Translations under genes and position numbers: made by a program
Notes under the pieces: model-generated
Seen by the model: the letters and a program-made list of their open reading frames with translations, nothing else
Databases searched by the model: none
Told to the model about the DNA's origin: nothing
Virus record (IMG/VR): IMGVR_UViG_3300007351_000017
Location: 1-49,131 of that record
Strand: one strand, 5' to 3'
DNA: 49,131 nucleotides
Origin: a virus
Shown: piece by piece, positions 25,614 to 33,000 of the stretch
Layout of the letters: every line of letters begins with the position of its first letter
Numbering within the stretch: position 1 is the first letter of the stretch

Positions 25614-25850
25614 TTATTCCTCCGTGGCTTTGTCTGGTGTGCTGAGTTCAATCAGCAAGTTTTGGAGATAATATCCTTTGGCGTTTTCGATTTGGTCAAG
25701 GGTGTAACGGACGGCTTTAAGGTGCACTGCACAGAGATAAAACGTATCACCATCGCTGAGCGTGACCTCAACAGCAACGTTGTTGCAGCCAACCTTTTGG
25801 CAGAGAAGCTTTGGCTCTCCCTCAGCTTGAACAATAGAGCGGATTTTCAT
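25614..25850 (-). CDS. hypothetical protein
   Basis: Clean 78-aa ORF, translationally coupled to its neighbours. Confidence 0.55.
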   Translation of the reverse strand: MKIRSIVQAEGEPKLLCQKVGCNNVAVEVTLSDGDTFYLCAVHLKAVRYTLDQIENAKGYYLQNLLIELSTPDKATEE

Positions 25851-26047
25851 TTTGCTTCCTCCTTTCGGATTAGTTTTTGCCCAAGAGCTGTTCCCAGCCC
25901 AACGCCGTAGACCGCAAAGTGCTTTTCACACATATAGGCCCACGGTCCCATCTTTGTTTTGCCATCAACGCTGGAGGGCGTTTTCGCCTTGCAAAAGTCA
26001 CAAGGCGGAATGCTATTCACCTCCACCCATGTGCCATCGCGCTTCAT
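25847..26047 (-). CDS. small Cys/His zinc-binding-like protein
   Basis: CDFC ... CEKH pattern; ATGA overlaps at both ends. Confidence 0.55.
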   Translation of the reverse strand: MKRDGTWVEVNSIPPCDFCKAKTPSSVDGKTKMGPWAYMCEKHFAVYGVGLGTALGQKLIRKEEAK

Positions 26048-26928
26048 CGATCACCTCCCTTCGCTTTGGATTCAGCCCAATCCGCGAGGCGCTTCAAAAT
26101 TGAGGAGATCCCACCGTCTGGTGGAATGCCATTTGATAGGTCCTCAAACGTAAAGTCCTCAACGGGGGCTACGATGCCGAACTTCGCCAGGCGAGACTTC
26201 GCCGTGTAAATGCGGTCAGGTTGAGTCATCACGCGGAAACGCTTTGAGCTTCGACGTTGAGCGCCAGCTTGGGTATCGGTGACGTCGTCCACCTGGGTAT
26301 GCCATACCTCGTCAAACGGATTGGTGATTTGGTAGGCGAGCTTCCCTACAACAAGGGGATACATCCAGCCCTTGCCGGTGCCCTGTTCCTGCTTGAACTC
26401 CTGATGGGCTGTGAGGACAAAATGCTTTCCTGCGGCAAAGCAGTAATTGATTGCCTCCATAATCATCGCCATAGCGGCGCCCCATTCAGGCTGCGTTGGG
26501 CTTTGACCAAGGTGATTCGAGCTCGCCAAAACGTAGGTTACAGCGGCATCTTGCAGGGCTGTTAAATCGTCGGCGCCGATAGATTTGATTTCGTCGTTGC
26601 GAGAGAACTCCCGCACAGCCTCGTCGATCAGCTTCCACGCCTTTGGTTGGCGCCGCCCATCTTCTTCCCATACACGAATCGGCGCGACATAAATGTCATC
26701 TTCGCCCGCGAGGGTAAGTGCCCCTTGCCCAAGGTCAATTATTCCAGTTGGGCGGGGGAGGGTGCCAAGCAAAAGGGTTTTGCCTGTTCCGGCGCGACCA
26801 TACAAAAGGCCGCGAAAGCGAAAGTTTGCTGGGTCGAGAAGCTCCGCTGCCTTAAGGATACGAAGGGTGGGCTTCGCCGGATTCACTGTGCCGAGCGCCT
26901 CACGCTTTGGGCGATTGTCTTGGGTCAT
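26044..26928 (-). CDS. AAA_24 / Sak4-like RecA-fold ATPase (recombination)
   Basis: Walker A LLYGRAGTGKTLL near the N-terminus, about 290 aa, adjacent to a Cas4-like exonuclease. Confidence 0.75.
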   Translation of the reverse strand: MTQDNRPKREALGTVNPAKPTLRILKAAELLDPANFRFRGLLYGRAGTGKTLLLGTLPRPTGIIDLGQGALTLAGEDDIYVAPIRVWEEDGRRQPKAWKLIDEAVREFSRNDEIKSIGADDLTALQDAAVTYVLASSNHLGQSPTQPEWGAAMAMIMEAINYCFAAGKHFVLTAHQEFKQEQGTGKGWMYPLVVGKLAYQITNPFDEVWHTQVDDVTDTQAGAQRRSSKRFRVMTQPDRIYTAKSRLAKFGIVAPVEDFTFEDLSNGIPPDGGISSILKRLADWAESKAKGGDR

Positions 26929-27845
26929 GGTAGCTCCTCGATGCCGATTGCCGGAGCGCCTTGGAAGGGCACCCAGGGCTGGGGCTGAAATGTGTTGCGC
27001 TTAAGGGCTTCATGGGCTGGCCCCGGGCCGCTTTTGCAAAGCTCAATAAACGTACATTCCCGGAAGAAGCGAACGCAGTGGCCTGTGCGTTGGGGCCAGA
27101 ACGCAGAGCGCAGGTAGGACACAATCTCTTGAGCTTTGGCCTGAAGGTTTCGGCGCCAATTATCAACTTTCCAGTCGTCGAAGCGTGTGATCTTACGAAC
27201 GACAGGGTATTCGCCTTCGCGGTTTCGGCTTGTTCGAACTACGTTAGCGACAATACCTCGAATGGGACGGTGGACAAGGGAAGATCCCATCGCCGAATAC
27301 GACTCGAACTGAAAGTTCGGCGAAACAACGATTGTGTCAGGATGCCCAGTGGTCTTGTGATCCATGATGTAAAGCTCGTCATCTTGTGAGCAAATGCGGT
27401 CAATCTTGCCGACGAGGATCACCTCGACTTCGTCACCACCTACGGTTATTGTCATGATGGGAAGGGTAGCGCCGACCTCAATATAATTCTCATATGTGGT
27501 GAACATATCCTTTCCCAAGGGAAAGTTCATAAGGTAGGCCATCACCAAAGCCCAACACTCGTCGGGGTTGAGGAAACCTCGGCGCTTAAAGCCGCCGATC
27601 TCCATTTGGCGCATGATAGGCTCGGCGAATGGCGTGTAATATTCCTTTGCCAAATCGGCTGCACCAACATCATCAACTTTGCCAAGCTCGTATGCGGCGA
27701 CGCCGAGATGAAAGGCAGAGCCGAGCTCTGCTTTGAGGCGCTCCTCTTCAACGGTCAAGTGCTCGATATGGCGGTGGAAAAAGTATCGAGGGCATGTGTC
27801 AAGGGCATTACATGCCGATGGATCAAGCGTTAAGCGAAGTTTCAT
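26925..27845 (-). CDS. PD-(D/E)XK Cas4/RecB-like exonuclease with a Cys cluster
   Basis: AGGAGG RBS before the ATG at 27845. N-terminal LDTCPRYFF and C-terminal CVRFFRECTFIELC (Fe-S-type cysteines). Central VILVGKIDRI...LYIMDHKT nuclease core. Confidence 0.75.
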   Translation of the reverse strand: MKLRLTLDPSACNALDTCPRYFFHRHIEHLTVEEERLKAELGSAFHLGVAAYELGKVDDVGAADLAKEYYTPFAEPIMRQMEIGGFKRRGFLNPDECWALVMAYLMNFPLGKDMFTTYENYIEVGATLPIMTITVGGDEVEVILVGKIDRICSQDDELYIMDHKTTGHPDTIVVSPNFQFESYSAMGSSLVHRPIRGIVANVVRTSRNREGEYPVVRKITRFDDWKVDNWRRNLQAKAQEIVSYLRSAFWPQRTGHCVRFFRECTFIELCKSGPGPAHEALKRNTFQPQPWVPFQGAPAIGIEELP

Positions 27846-27880
27846 CTTTCCTCCTTCCGAAGGTGGAGAGGCTCCCGCCT

Positions 27881-28159
27881 TCAATCAAGAATTTCGGCAA
27901 GCTCCAACTCAAGAAAAACGTCGTCGATTAACTTTGTTAATTCTTCGGCCTTTGGCTTCACCTCCTTTCGCTTCGGCGCTTTGCGAGTGGTATAGCGAAC
28001 GGCGATCTCGTTGCGCTTTGCCCGTAGGGCTTCAATGTGAGGGAAGGGGAAGAGGCCCTTGCGAAGGTCGATATCAAGGACCTCTTCCACAGGGAGGGAG
28101 GTTGGGGGAGAGAACGGAGGAACGCAAACGCCGCCGTTAGCGAGAAAGTAGACTTTCAT
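27881..28159 (-). CDS. hypothetical protein
   Basis: 92-aa ORF with a weak RBS. It overlaps the upstream gene by 23 nt. Confidence 0.45.
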   Translation of the reverse strand: MKVYFLANGGVCVPPFSPPTSLPVEEVLDIDLRKGLFPFPHIEALRAKRNEIAVRYTTRKAPKRKEVKPKAEELTKLIDDVFLELELAEILD

Positions 28160-28322
28160 CTAATCGCCCCGCGATTTCAAAGATTGACTCGCCTCGTCTG
28201 AGGCGTTCGAGAAGCAGTTCAAGGGCAGTCCGGACAAGAAAACTGAACTGCCGATCGTAAGGGATATATTCCCTTATCTCGTCGATCTGCTCCTCAGGGA
28301 TGTAGACATGCTGGCGTTTCAT
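28137..28322 (-). CDS. ribbon-helix-helix (CopG/Arc-like) DNA-binding protein
   Basis: MKRQHVYIPEEQIDEIREYI... has a beta-strand-helix-helix layout; 61 aa. Confidence 0.55.
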   Translation of the reverse strand: MKRQHVYIPEEQIDEIREYIPYDRQFSFLVRTALELLLERLRRGESIFEIAGRLDESLLSR

Positions 28323-28397
28323 CCGAGATTCCGCCTCGTTGGGCCGTATTGTGTCAACATTGTATCATCCCCTTTTCCAGTTGTCAAGTGAAATCTT

Positions 28398-28610
28398 TCA
28401 AGCTTTAGGAGATTTCTTTTCGCTTGGCATGCCGTGTAGGGTGTAGCGCCAATCGTCAAAGAAATATCGCCGAATGTCGCCTGGGCGCCGGCCAAGTCGA
28501 TCGGCGATCTGTTGCACGAAGTGCTGGTGAGCGGCGTCTCGAGAGGGCGCCGAGGTCCACATTTCATGAACTTCGCCGAAAAAATTATATTTGCCATTCC
28601 ACTTAGTCAT
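28398..28610 (-). CDS. hypothetical 70-aa protein
   Basis: GGAGG lies 6 nt upstream of the ATG at 28610. The upstream part of the track ORF (to 28808) overlaps 28603..28941 out of frame. Confidence 0.55.
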   Translation of the reverse strand: MTKWNGKYNFFGEVHEMWTSAPSRDAAHQHFVQQIADRLGRRPGDIRRYFFDDWRYTLHGMPSEKKSPKA

Positions 28611-28941
28611 CGAGGACCTCCGCCAAAATGGAGTCGAGATCAAGGTCATCCGCAAGATCGGGCTCGGCTTCGCGTTGGAGCGCTTTGCGTAGGCGCACGC
28701 CGAACGGATTCGGCTTGTTGGCGATGGCTGCTTCGAGGGACTCAAAGGCTTCGGCGATGCCAGATGCCTGAGATACGAAATAGAGAGTGTTGCCAGGACA
28801 GCGATCACCTGCTGTATCCCAGATCGTGATCACAGTCCATTCAGTGATTCCTGGAACGCCGATATATTTGGCGTGGTCAACCTTGAAAGGTCGATTAGGA
28901 AGCAATGTTTTGATTTGGGCGATAGCCTCATCTTGGGTCAT
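28603..28941 (-). CDS. hypothetical protein with an acidic C-terminus
   Basis: GGAGG RBS overlaps the stop of the upstream micro-ORF; 112 aa. Confidence 0.6.
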   Translation of the reverse strand: MTQDEAIAQIKTLLPNRPFKVDHAKYIGVPGITEWTVITIWDTAGDRCPGNTLYFVSQASGIAEAFESLEAAIANKPNPFGVRLRKALQREAEPDLADDLDLDSILAEVLDD

Positions 28942-28950
28942 TTGAGCCTC

Positions 28951-29049
28951 CTACCATTTACCATAGATGTAATGTCGAATGAAGAGAAGCATTGTTATCC
29001 AGGCTGTGAACCAGAGGACAATACGTTCGACTTTGCGAAGGAGTGTCAC
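28951..29049 (-). CDS. 32-aa hydrophobic micro-protein (single TM)
   Basis: GTG lies 5 nt after GGAGG. VTLLRKVERIVLWFTAWITMLLFIRHYIYGKW. Its stop is embedded in the RBS of the next gene. Confidence 0.35.
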   Translation of the reverse strand: MTLLRKVERIVLWFTAWITMLLFIRHYIYGKW

Positions 29050-29078
29050 GATAACCTCCTAGGTGAGATGGTGAAGGA

Positions 29079-29120
29079 TTAAAAAAGTGGCTAGCGCCGC
29101 TGCAAGCGCAAGCGCTAGCC
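29079..29120 (-). terminator. intrinsic terminator (minus strand)
   Basis: 9-bp arms GGCTAGCGC (29089-97) / GCGCTAGCC (29112-20) with an inner CGCT-GCA-AGCG stem. On the minus strand this is followed by TTTTTT (29086-29081). Confidence 0.6.
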
Positions 29121-29146
29121 GCTCTACAACTTGCCAAAGACAAAGG

Positions 29147-29428
29147 TTATATACCCGCGGTTCTCCTTTCTTTTTTCACTTTTCTAATCGCCGCCCGAAG
29201 GGGACAATCCTCTTCAAGGTGGAAGAAGTCCAGATCATCTTGTGTAAGGTGATAGTATTCCCAAAGGCCGCGCTTTAGCGGAACGCGCACACGCCCGGGG
29301 TCTCGCTTCCAGACCCTGACGGCGCCGTTCACCTTCCAGCGTGAACAGCTTCCATCGCTGTTGCGTGCGTTGTTTGCATGCAACATTTCCCCGTGCCGAA
29401 GTGCCTTTGCTTGGGCTAAGGTAATCAT
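29147..29428 (-). CDS. hypothetical 93-aa protein
   Basis: CCAAAAGGAG RBS lies 5 nt upstream of the ATG at 29428. The longer track ORF lacks an RBS. Confidence 0.6.
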   Translation of the reverse strand: MITLAQAKALRHGEMLHANNARNSDGSCSRWKVNGAVRVWKRDPGRVRVPLKRGLWEYYHLTQDDLDFFHLEEDCPLRAAIRKVKKERRTAGI

Positions 29429-29474
29429 GTTTTCTCCTTTTGGCGAACGGCGGTCAACTCGGCGCCGTAGGCGC

Positions 29475-29783
29475 TTAGATTGCCTGCTTACGCAGGTTTG
29501 CTGGCAAGGTAAGCCGGTCAATGATCTTCTGTAGCTGCTCTATTGGCCCAGCATCGCCGGGGCCGTTCTGGGCAAGCTCCAGAGTCTCTTCGCTTTCATC
29601 CTGATCTGGTCGCCGACCATAAATAGCAACTATACCTGTGGAGAGAACTTCCGCCGAGAGAATGAGCGCAGCGGTGTTTGCTCTTATCGCGTATTCCTCT
29701 CCAACAGGTGCGTAAACAAGCTGCGTTCGGCCAAATGGCCGAAGATACTGCGTTACCTCTACTTCGTCACGTTGCTTAGCCAT
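29475..29783 (-). CDS. hypothetical protein
   Basis: TAGGAGG RBS; 102 aa. Confidence 0.6.
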   Translation of the reverse strand: MAKQRDEVEVTQYLRPFGRTQLVYAPVGEEYAIRANTAALILSAEVLSTGIVAIYGRRPDQDESEETLELAQNGPGDAGPIEQLQKIIDRLTLPANLRKQAI

Positions 29784-29793
29784 TTCATACCTC

Positions 29794-29886
29794 CTAAGGA
29801 TGAAGGCACTTGATGAGCGCCGCTAAGAGGAGCAATCCAAGGATCTCTATCATCAGGGCGTTGATGAAACCTCTAGCGAAGCTCAT
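29794..29886 (-). CDS. 30-aa hydrophobic micro-protein (single TM)
   Basis: GGAGG lies 7 nt upstream of the ATG. MSFARGFINALMIEILGLLLLAALIKCLHP. Its stop is embedded in the next RBS. Confidence 0.35.
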   Translation of the reverse strand: MSFARGFINALMIEILGLLLLAALIKCLHP

Positions 29887-29947
29887 GCCAAAGCCTCCTT
29901 TTCAAGGAAAAACAAAGGCGGAATTGCATGGTGAAGCTGAGCGTTGC

Positions 29948-30277
29948 CTAGAGCTCCCCAAGCTCAGCAAAGACTTCGTCAAGAGCGCCGAACAAATCCT
30001 CCTTTGAGATTGCTTCATGCCGCTTTGCTGCTTGCCACGCTTCAGCGATATACCGTCCATCTTTATCAAAAAACAGGACGAAACCGTCAGGGTATTCCCA
30101 ACGCTGCCAGCCGAAGGGAAACGTTTGGATTGCTGGAGCGCCGTGCCGCTTCCGCGCTTCCAGCCCGTCAAAGCAAAAGTGCCGTGTGGGCAGGCGAAAG
30201 CGAAGCTTGTAGGGACGTTGGTTGTCTGACGCTTCTTGGAGCGCCGCTTCGGTGAAAGGCAAGGCCCACGTCGTCAT
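29948..30277 (-). CDS. hypothetical 109-aa protein
   Basis: GGAGG lies 6 nt upstream of the ATG at 30277. Confidence 0.6.
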   Translation of the reverse strand: MTTWALPFTEAALQEASDNQRPYKLRFRLPTRHFCFDGLEARKRHGAPAIQTFPFGWQRWEYPDGFVLFFDKDGRYIAEAWQAAKRHEAISKEDLFGALDEVFAELGEL

Positions 30278-30324
30278 GTTGCACCTCCATTTGGGGAGGG
30301 CTTCCACCCTCCCCAGATTTTGTG

Positions 30325-30480
30325 TTATGCCGACTCGTGCTCAACGCCGAGCTCGATGCAAGCGAGCTTGCCGAGTTCCTCCCGCTCGGCGGGCTTGAGC
30401 GCCTTTAGCTCCTCGATGGTGACCTTCCTTCCGTGGGGATCCTGCTCGAAATACGTCTTGATTGCGGTTACGTTCTTCAT
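30325..30480 (-). CDS. hypothetical 51-aa protein
   Basis: MKNVTAIKTYFEQDPHGRKVTIEELKALKPAEREELGKLACIELG. It is below the track cutoff and the antisense track ORF 30236..30760 looks spurious. RBS is weak (GGGGG). Confidence 0.5.
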   Translation of the reverse strand: MKNVTAIKTYFEQDPHGRKVTIEELKALKPAEREELGKLACIELGVEHESA

Positions 30481-30553
30481 GTTGCACCCCCATGCTTTGG
30501 CATTGTTTGGCGCGTCAGCGCCATCGGCGTTATTTCACGCCGTGAAAAACCGT

Positions 30554-31093
30554 TCACAAAATACCTTCGTCGCGAAGCCTTTGGACCATTTGTTCTTCGT
30601 CGATCCGCGCTTCGCGCTGCGCTTTGTGCTTTATCTTGCCGAGCTTGTGCGCTCGTTTGCGCCGTTCAACCTGAGCCCAAGGGTGCTCAAATTCAGGATC
30701 ACGCAAACGCCGCTTGTGCTCATGCAGGATCAAATCGAACTTATCTTCAAAGCGAGATAGTGTGTGGAAACGCTGTGCGGGCAGGAAATTTCGAGGAGTC
30801 AAGCGAACCTGGGTTGCAAATCCTCGGCTCATCGCCGAAAGAATCCCTTTGGGTATCACTAAAATGTGGACAATTTCAGCTTGGTGAATCAAGTGAAGCG
30901 CGGCGAAGTGCCAGCGTGTAGACGTGTTGAACGTTGTATTCCATACATTATCGACGTTGCTTCGCACCTTTGCCAATCGAACGCCGAGGTTTGATCCTTC
31001 GATTAGGGCTACATGACCTTCCCAATGAGAAAAGGGAAGGTCATTTGCCAAGAGTCGCTCAACTAGTTGAGTCTTAAAGGTCTGAAAAGACAT
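30554..31093 (-). CDS. hypothetical protein with a basic C-terminal tail
   Basis: 179-aa ORF overlapping the upstream gene by 20 nt. Confidence 0.6.
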   Translation of the reverse strand: MSFQTFKTQLVERLLANDLPFSHWEGHVALIEGSNLGVRLAKVRSNVDNVWNTTFNTSTRWHFAALHLIHQAEIVHILVIPKGILSAMSRGFATQVRLTPRNFLPAQRFHTLSRFEDKFDLILHEHKRRLRDPEFEHPWAQVERRKRAHKLGKIKHKAQREARIDEEQMVQRLRDEGIL

Positions 31094-31511
31094 CGTCTAT
31101 TGCCTTTTCAAGGTCGCCATTGGCAACCTTTTGTCTTGCCTCGAAACGCCGTAGTGCGTCAATCTCGTTCTCCCGCAGGACAGCGCCGCGCCAAACCAAA
31201 TAGAGCATTTGTTGAGCCCATTTGAAATGACATCCATGGGACGTTGCTTGTGGTGGTTTGTATTTGTGCGCCAATTCGTGCAACACTGTCCCTTCAGTGA
31301 GCCCACTATGATACAACTTCATCCACCCTTTTCGAGTGTTGATTCGGCCATTCAAGCTCTTCGTTGTTGCGTTGTCAAACATCACAATAGGCGCCGTCCA
31401 ACCAACGGCGTCACAAATTAGGTCTGTCATTGTTTGCGCCTCTTCGAGGGTTAGCCTCCGCTCATACTCTTTTGCGCCTATTGCCGTTTGGCTGTCACCA
31501 ATGTATCGCAT
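31074..31511 (-). CDS. SprT-like / HExxH zinc-metallopeptidase-like protein
   Basis: GGGAGGAG RBS. TVLHELAHKY...SHGCHF fits HExxH followed by a downstream His. Confidence 0.65.
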   Translation of the reverse strand: MRYIGDSQTAIGAKEYERRLTLEEAQTMTDLICDAVGWTAPIVMFDNATTKSLNGRINTRKGWMKLYHSGLTEGTVLHELAHKYKPPQATSHGCHFKWAQQMLYLVWRGAVLRENEIDALRRFEARQKVANGDLEKAIDDVFSDL

Positions 31512-31674
31512 TTTCTCCTCCCTTCCAGGATTTCTCGTTAGGTCTTTGTGCCATTTTTCCCAACCTTCCGGTTGCTTTCGCTTAGGGCGTTTTCACTGGG
31601 TAATTTCAATGGACATTTTGGGTGTAAACGCCGAAAATCATTCGCGAAATTGGGTCAAAAAATTCGGTTCCGGA

Positions 31675-31735
31675 TAAATGCGAATATGTTATTGTAAATA
31701 TTTGTAACTTATTGATATTATTATACTTTTGTATT
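31675..31735. promoter_or_regulatory. AT-rich island inside a 437-bp intergenic region (candidate promoter/origin element)
   Basis: The stretch aaatgcgaatatgttattgtaaatatttgtaacttattgatattattatacttttgtatt stands out against the otherwise GC-balanced genome. A minus-strand TATAAT sits at 31725-31720. Confidence 0.35.
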
Positions 31736-31915
31736 CCCGACCGGTTTGGTGGATTTACCCCCATCCGGGACGGAAAACCGCGAAATGGATTTTGTAACAA
31801 TTCCATGGGTTTATCCCATGTATGTCCATTGAAACGCCTCACCACCGTTAACCCCCCGAATCCATTGGATTTTTTGGTAACATCCCGTTATCATTGCCCT
31901 ATTCCCTCACCAGAA

Positions 31916-31935
31916 CCCACGCCGGCGGGCGTGGG
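31916..31935 (-). terminator. GC hairpin just downstream of 31949..32374
   Basis: CCCACGCC-GGCG-GGCGTGGG is a perfect 8-bp stem. No U-tract follows on the minus strand. Confidence 0.3.
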
Positions 31936-31948
31936 CTCGGCGTGAAGG

Positions 31949-32374
31949 CTAGAGCAGCTTCGCAATCAACTTCGCTACGGCCCCTTGCCTCTTTTCAAGC
32001 GGCATTGCCATAACCTGCTCATACCGCTCCGGCGCCTTGCTCTTTAAGATTTTCAACACAAGCTTTTCGTCACTTTCCATCGCCTCTCGCTTGGTTCGCC
32101 ATTCCCCTGCGTAGAGTGCGGCGCACACCTTTTCCATGTTATCCTTCGCGATTTCCACGGTTCCCGCACCAGCGGCGCTATCGCGCAATTTCTGGTTCGC
32201 CCCGTGTTTTGCACTTTCCTTTACGATAAAGGGAAGCGCCATCCATGCAGCATGATCAAATCCCGGTGTTTTGGCGAAGTCGAACAAAAAACTTTTTCCG
32301 TCGACAAACGCCACTGAAAATTGTGTTCCATCTTCATTCCATTCCGTCCCCCGAATCAATCTTTTCCTGGCCAT
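31949..32374 (-). CDS. first early gene, hypothetical protein
   Basis: ACAGGAGG RBS; 141 aa. It sits directly downstream of a sigma70-like promoter. Confidence 0.65.
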   Translation of the reverse strand: MARKRLIRGTEWNEDGTQFSVAFVDGKSFLFDFAKTPGFDHAAWMALPFIVKESAKHGANQKLRDSAAGAGTVEIAKDNMEKVCAALYAGEWRTKREAMESDEKLVLKILKSKAPERYEQVMAMPLEKRQGAVAKLIAKLL

Positions 32375-32414
32375 AACATCCTCCTGTTTTGTGCCCGCTA
32401 TGCGAGCTTAATGT

Positions 32415-32429
32415 ATGGGCGGCGCCCAT
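32415..32429. promoter_or_regulatory. operator-like palindrome ATGGGC-GGC-GCCCAT at the predicted early transcription start
   Basis: Perfect 6+6 inverted repeat with a 3-bp spacer, 7 nt downstream of the -10. The same arms recur at 42834-42848. Confidence 0.4.
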
Positions 32430-32435
32430 GATTGC

Positions 32436-32464
32436 AATGTAACACCTTGCCATTGGGATGTCAA
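32436..32464 (-). promoter_or_regulatory. sigma70-like early promoter (leftward)
   Basis: Minus strand reads TTGACA (32464-32459), 17 nt, TGT-TACATT (extended -10, 32441-32436). An A/T-rich tract lies upstream at 32465-32520. Confidence 0.5.
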
Positions 32465-32571
32465 TAACGCAATATTCATGCCAAAAAATTTTTATTTGGG
32501 CCATTTGGGACAATATATTTTTGTGCCGATGGCCCACGACGCAACGGCGCTTCAGCCGTCGCCATTGGTAA

Positions 32572-32700
32572 TGTCGATTGTAGCAATGTCGCGTTTGGCA
32601 ATGTCGCGGATTGCGATGTCGATTGTCGACTGACCAACGGCGCCCGTTGATTGTCGATTGTCGTCAAGGTGATTGTCGCGCAAGCGATTGTCGATTGTCG
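32572..32700. repeat. iteron-like array: 10 copies of TGTCG, mostly as (G/A)AT(T)GTCG, partly in 7-bp tandem register
   Basis: TGTCG starts at 32572, 32587, 32602, 32617, 32624, 32652, 32659, 32674, 32689 and 32696. The 17-mer tgtcgattgtcgactga occurs twice. Confidence 0.8.
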
Positions 32701-33000
32701 ACTGAACCGCCGAGCGGCGTGGTCGCATGATCCCCGTGGGATGGTCGGCGCGCCGACAGCACCATGGGCACCGCGGGGCGACGGCGCTTGGGCAGCTTGG
32801 ACACCCCCACACGGGGCGCTGGCGCGCGCGCAACGAGGGTTATCAAATCGCATAACAGTTGACCCTTTGTGCCATCACCTGACGCCTTTGACGCTTCAGC
32901 GCAACTTCGCCGCTTCAGCGCAATTGGTGTTGGATTGAACGGCGCTCTGGGCAACGGGCGTCGGGGGATTTTTCACGGCGCCTAGATAGGCGCTATCGCA

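Noticed and set aside
28319-28808. Track ORFs 28319..28597 and the 5' part of 28398..28808
   Set aside because: They overlap better-supported genes out of frame. Only the 28398..28610 portion has an RBS-linked start.
30236-30921. Plus-strand ORFs 30236..30760 and 30433..30921
   Set aside because: They are antisense to RBS-supported minus-strand genes (30325..30480, 30554..31093) inside a uniformly minus-strand operon.
32572-32700. CRISPR array
   Set aside because: The repeat unit is only 5-7 bp, in part directly tandem, with no spacers of 25-40 bp and no cas genes. It is an iteron-type array.
32476-32954. Track ORFs in the control region (32476..32853, 32552..32833, 32664..32954 on minus; 32415..32633 and 32651..32938 on plus)
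   Set aside because: They have Arg/Pro/Ala-rich or repeat-derived (MSIVAMSRLAMSRIAMSIVD) translations, no RBS, and overlap one another in several frames. They are artefacts of GC-rich and repetitive non-coding DNA.
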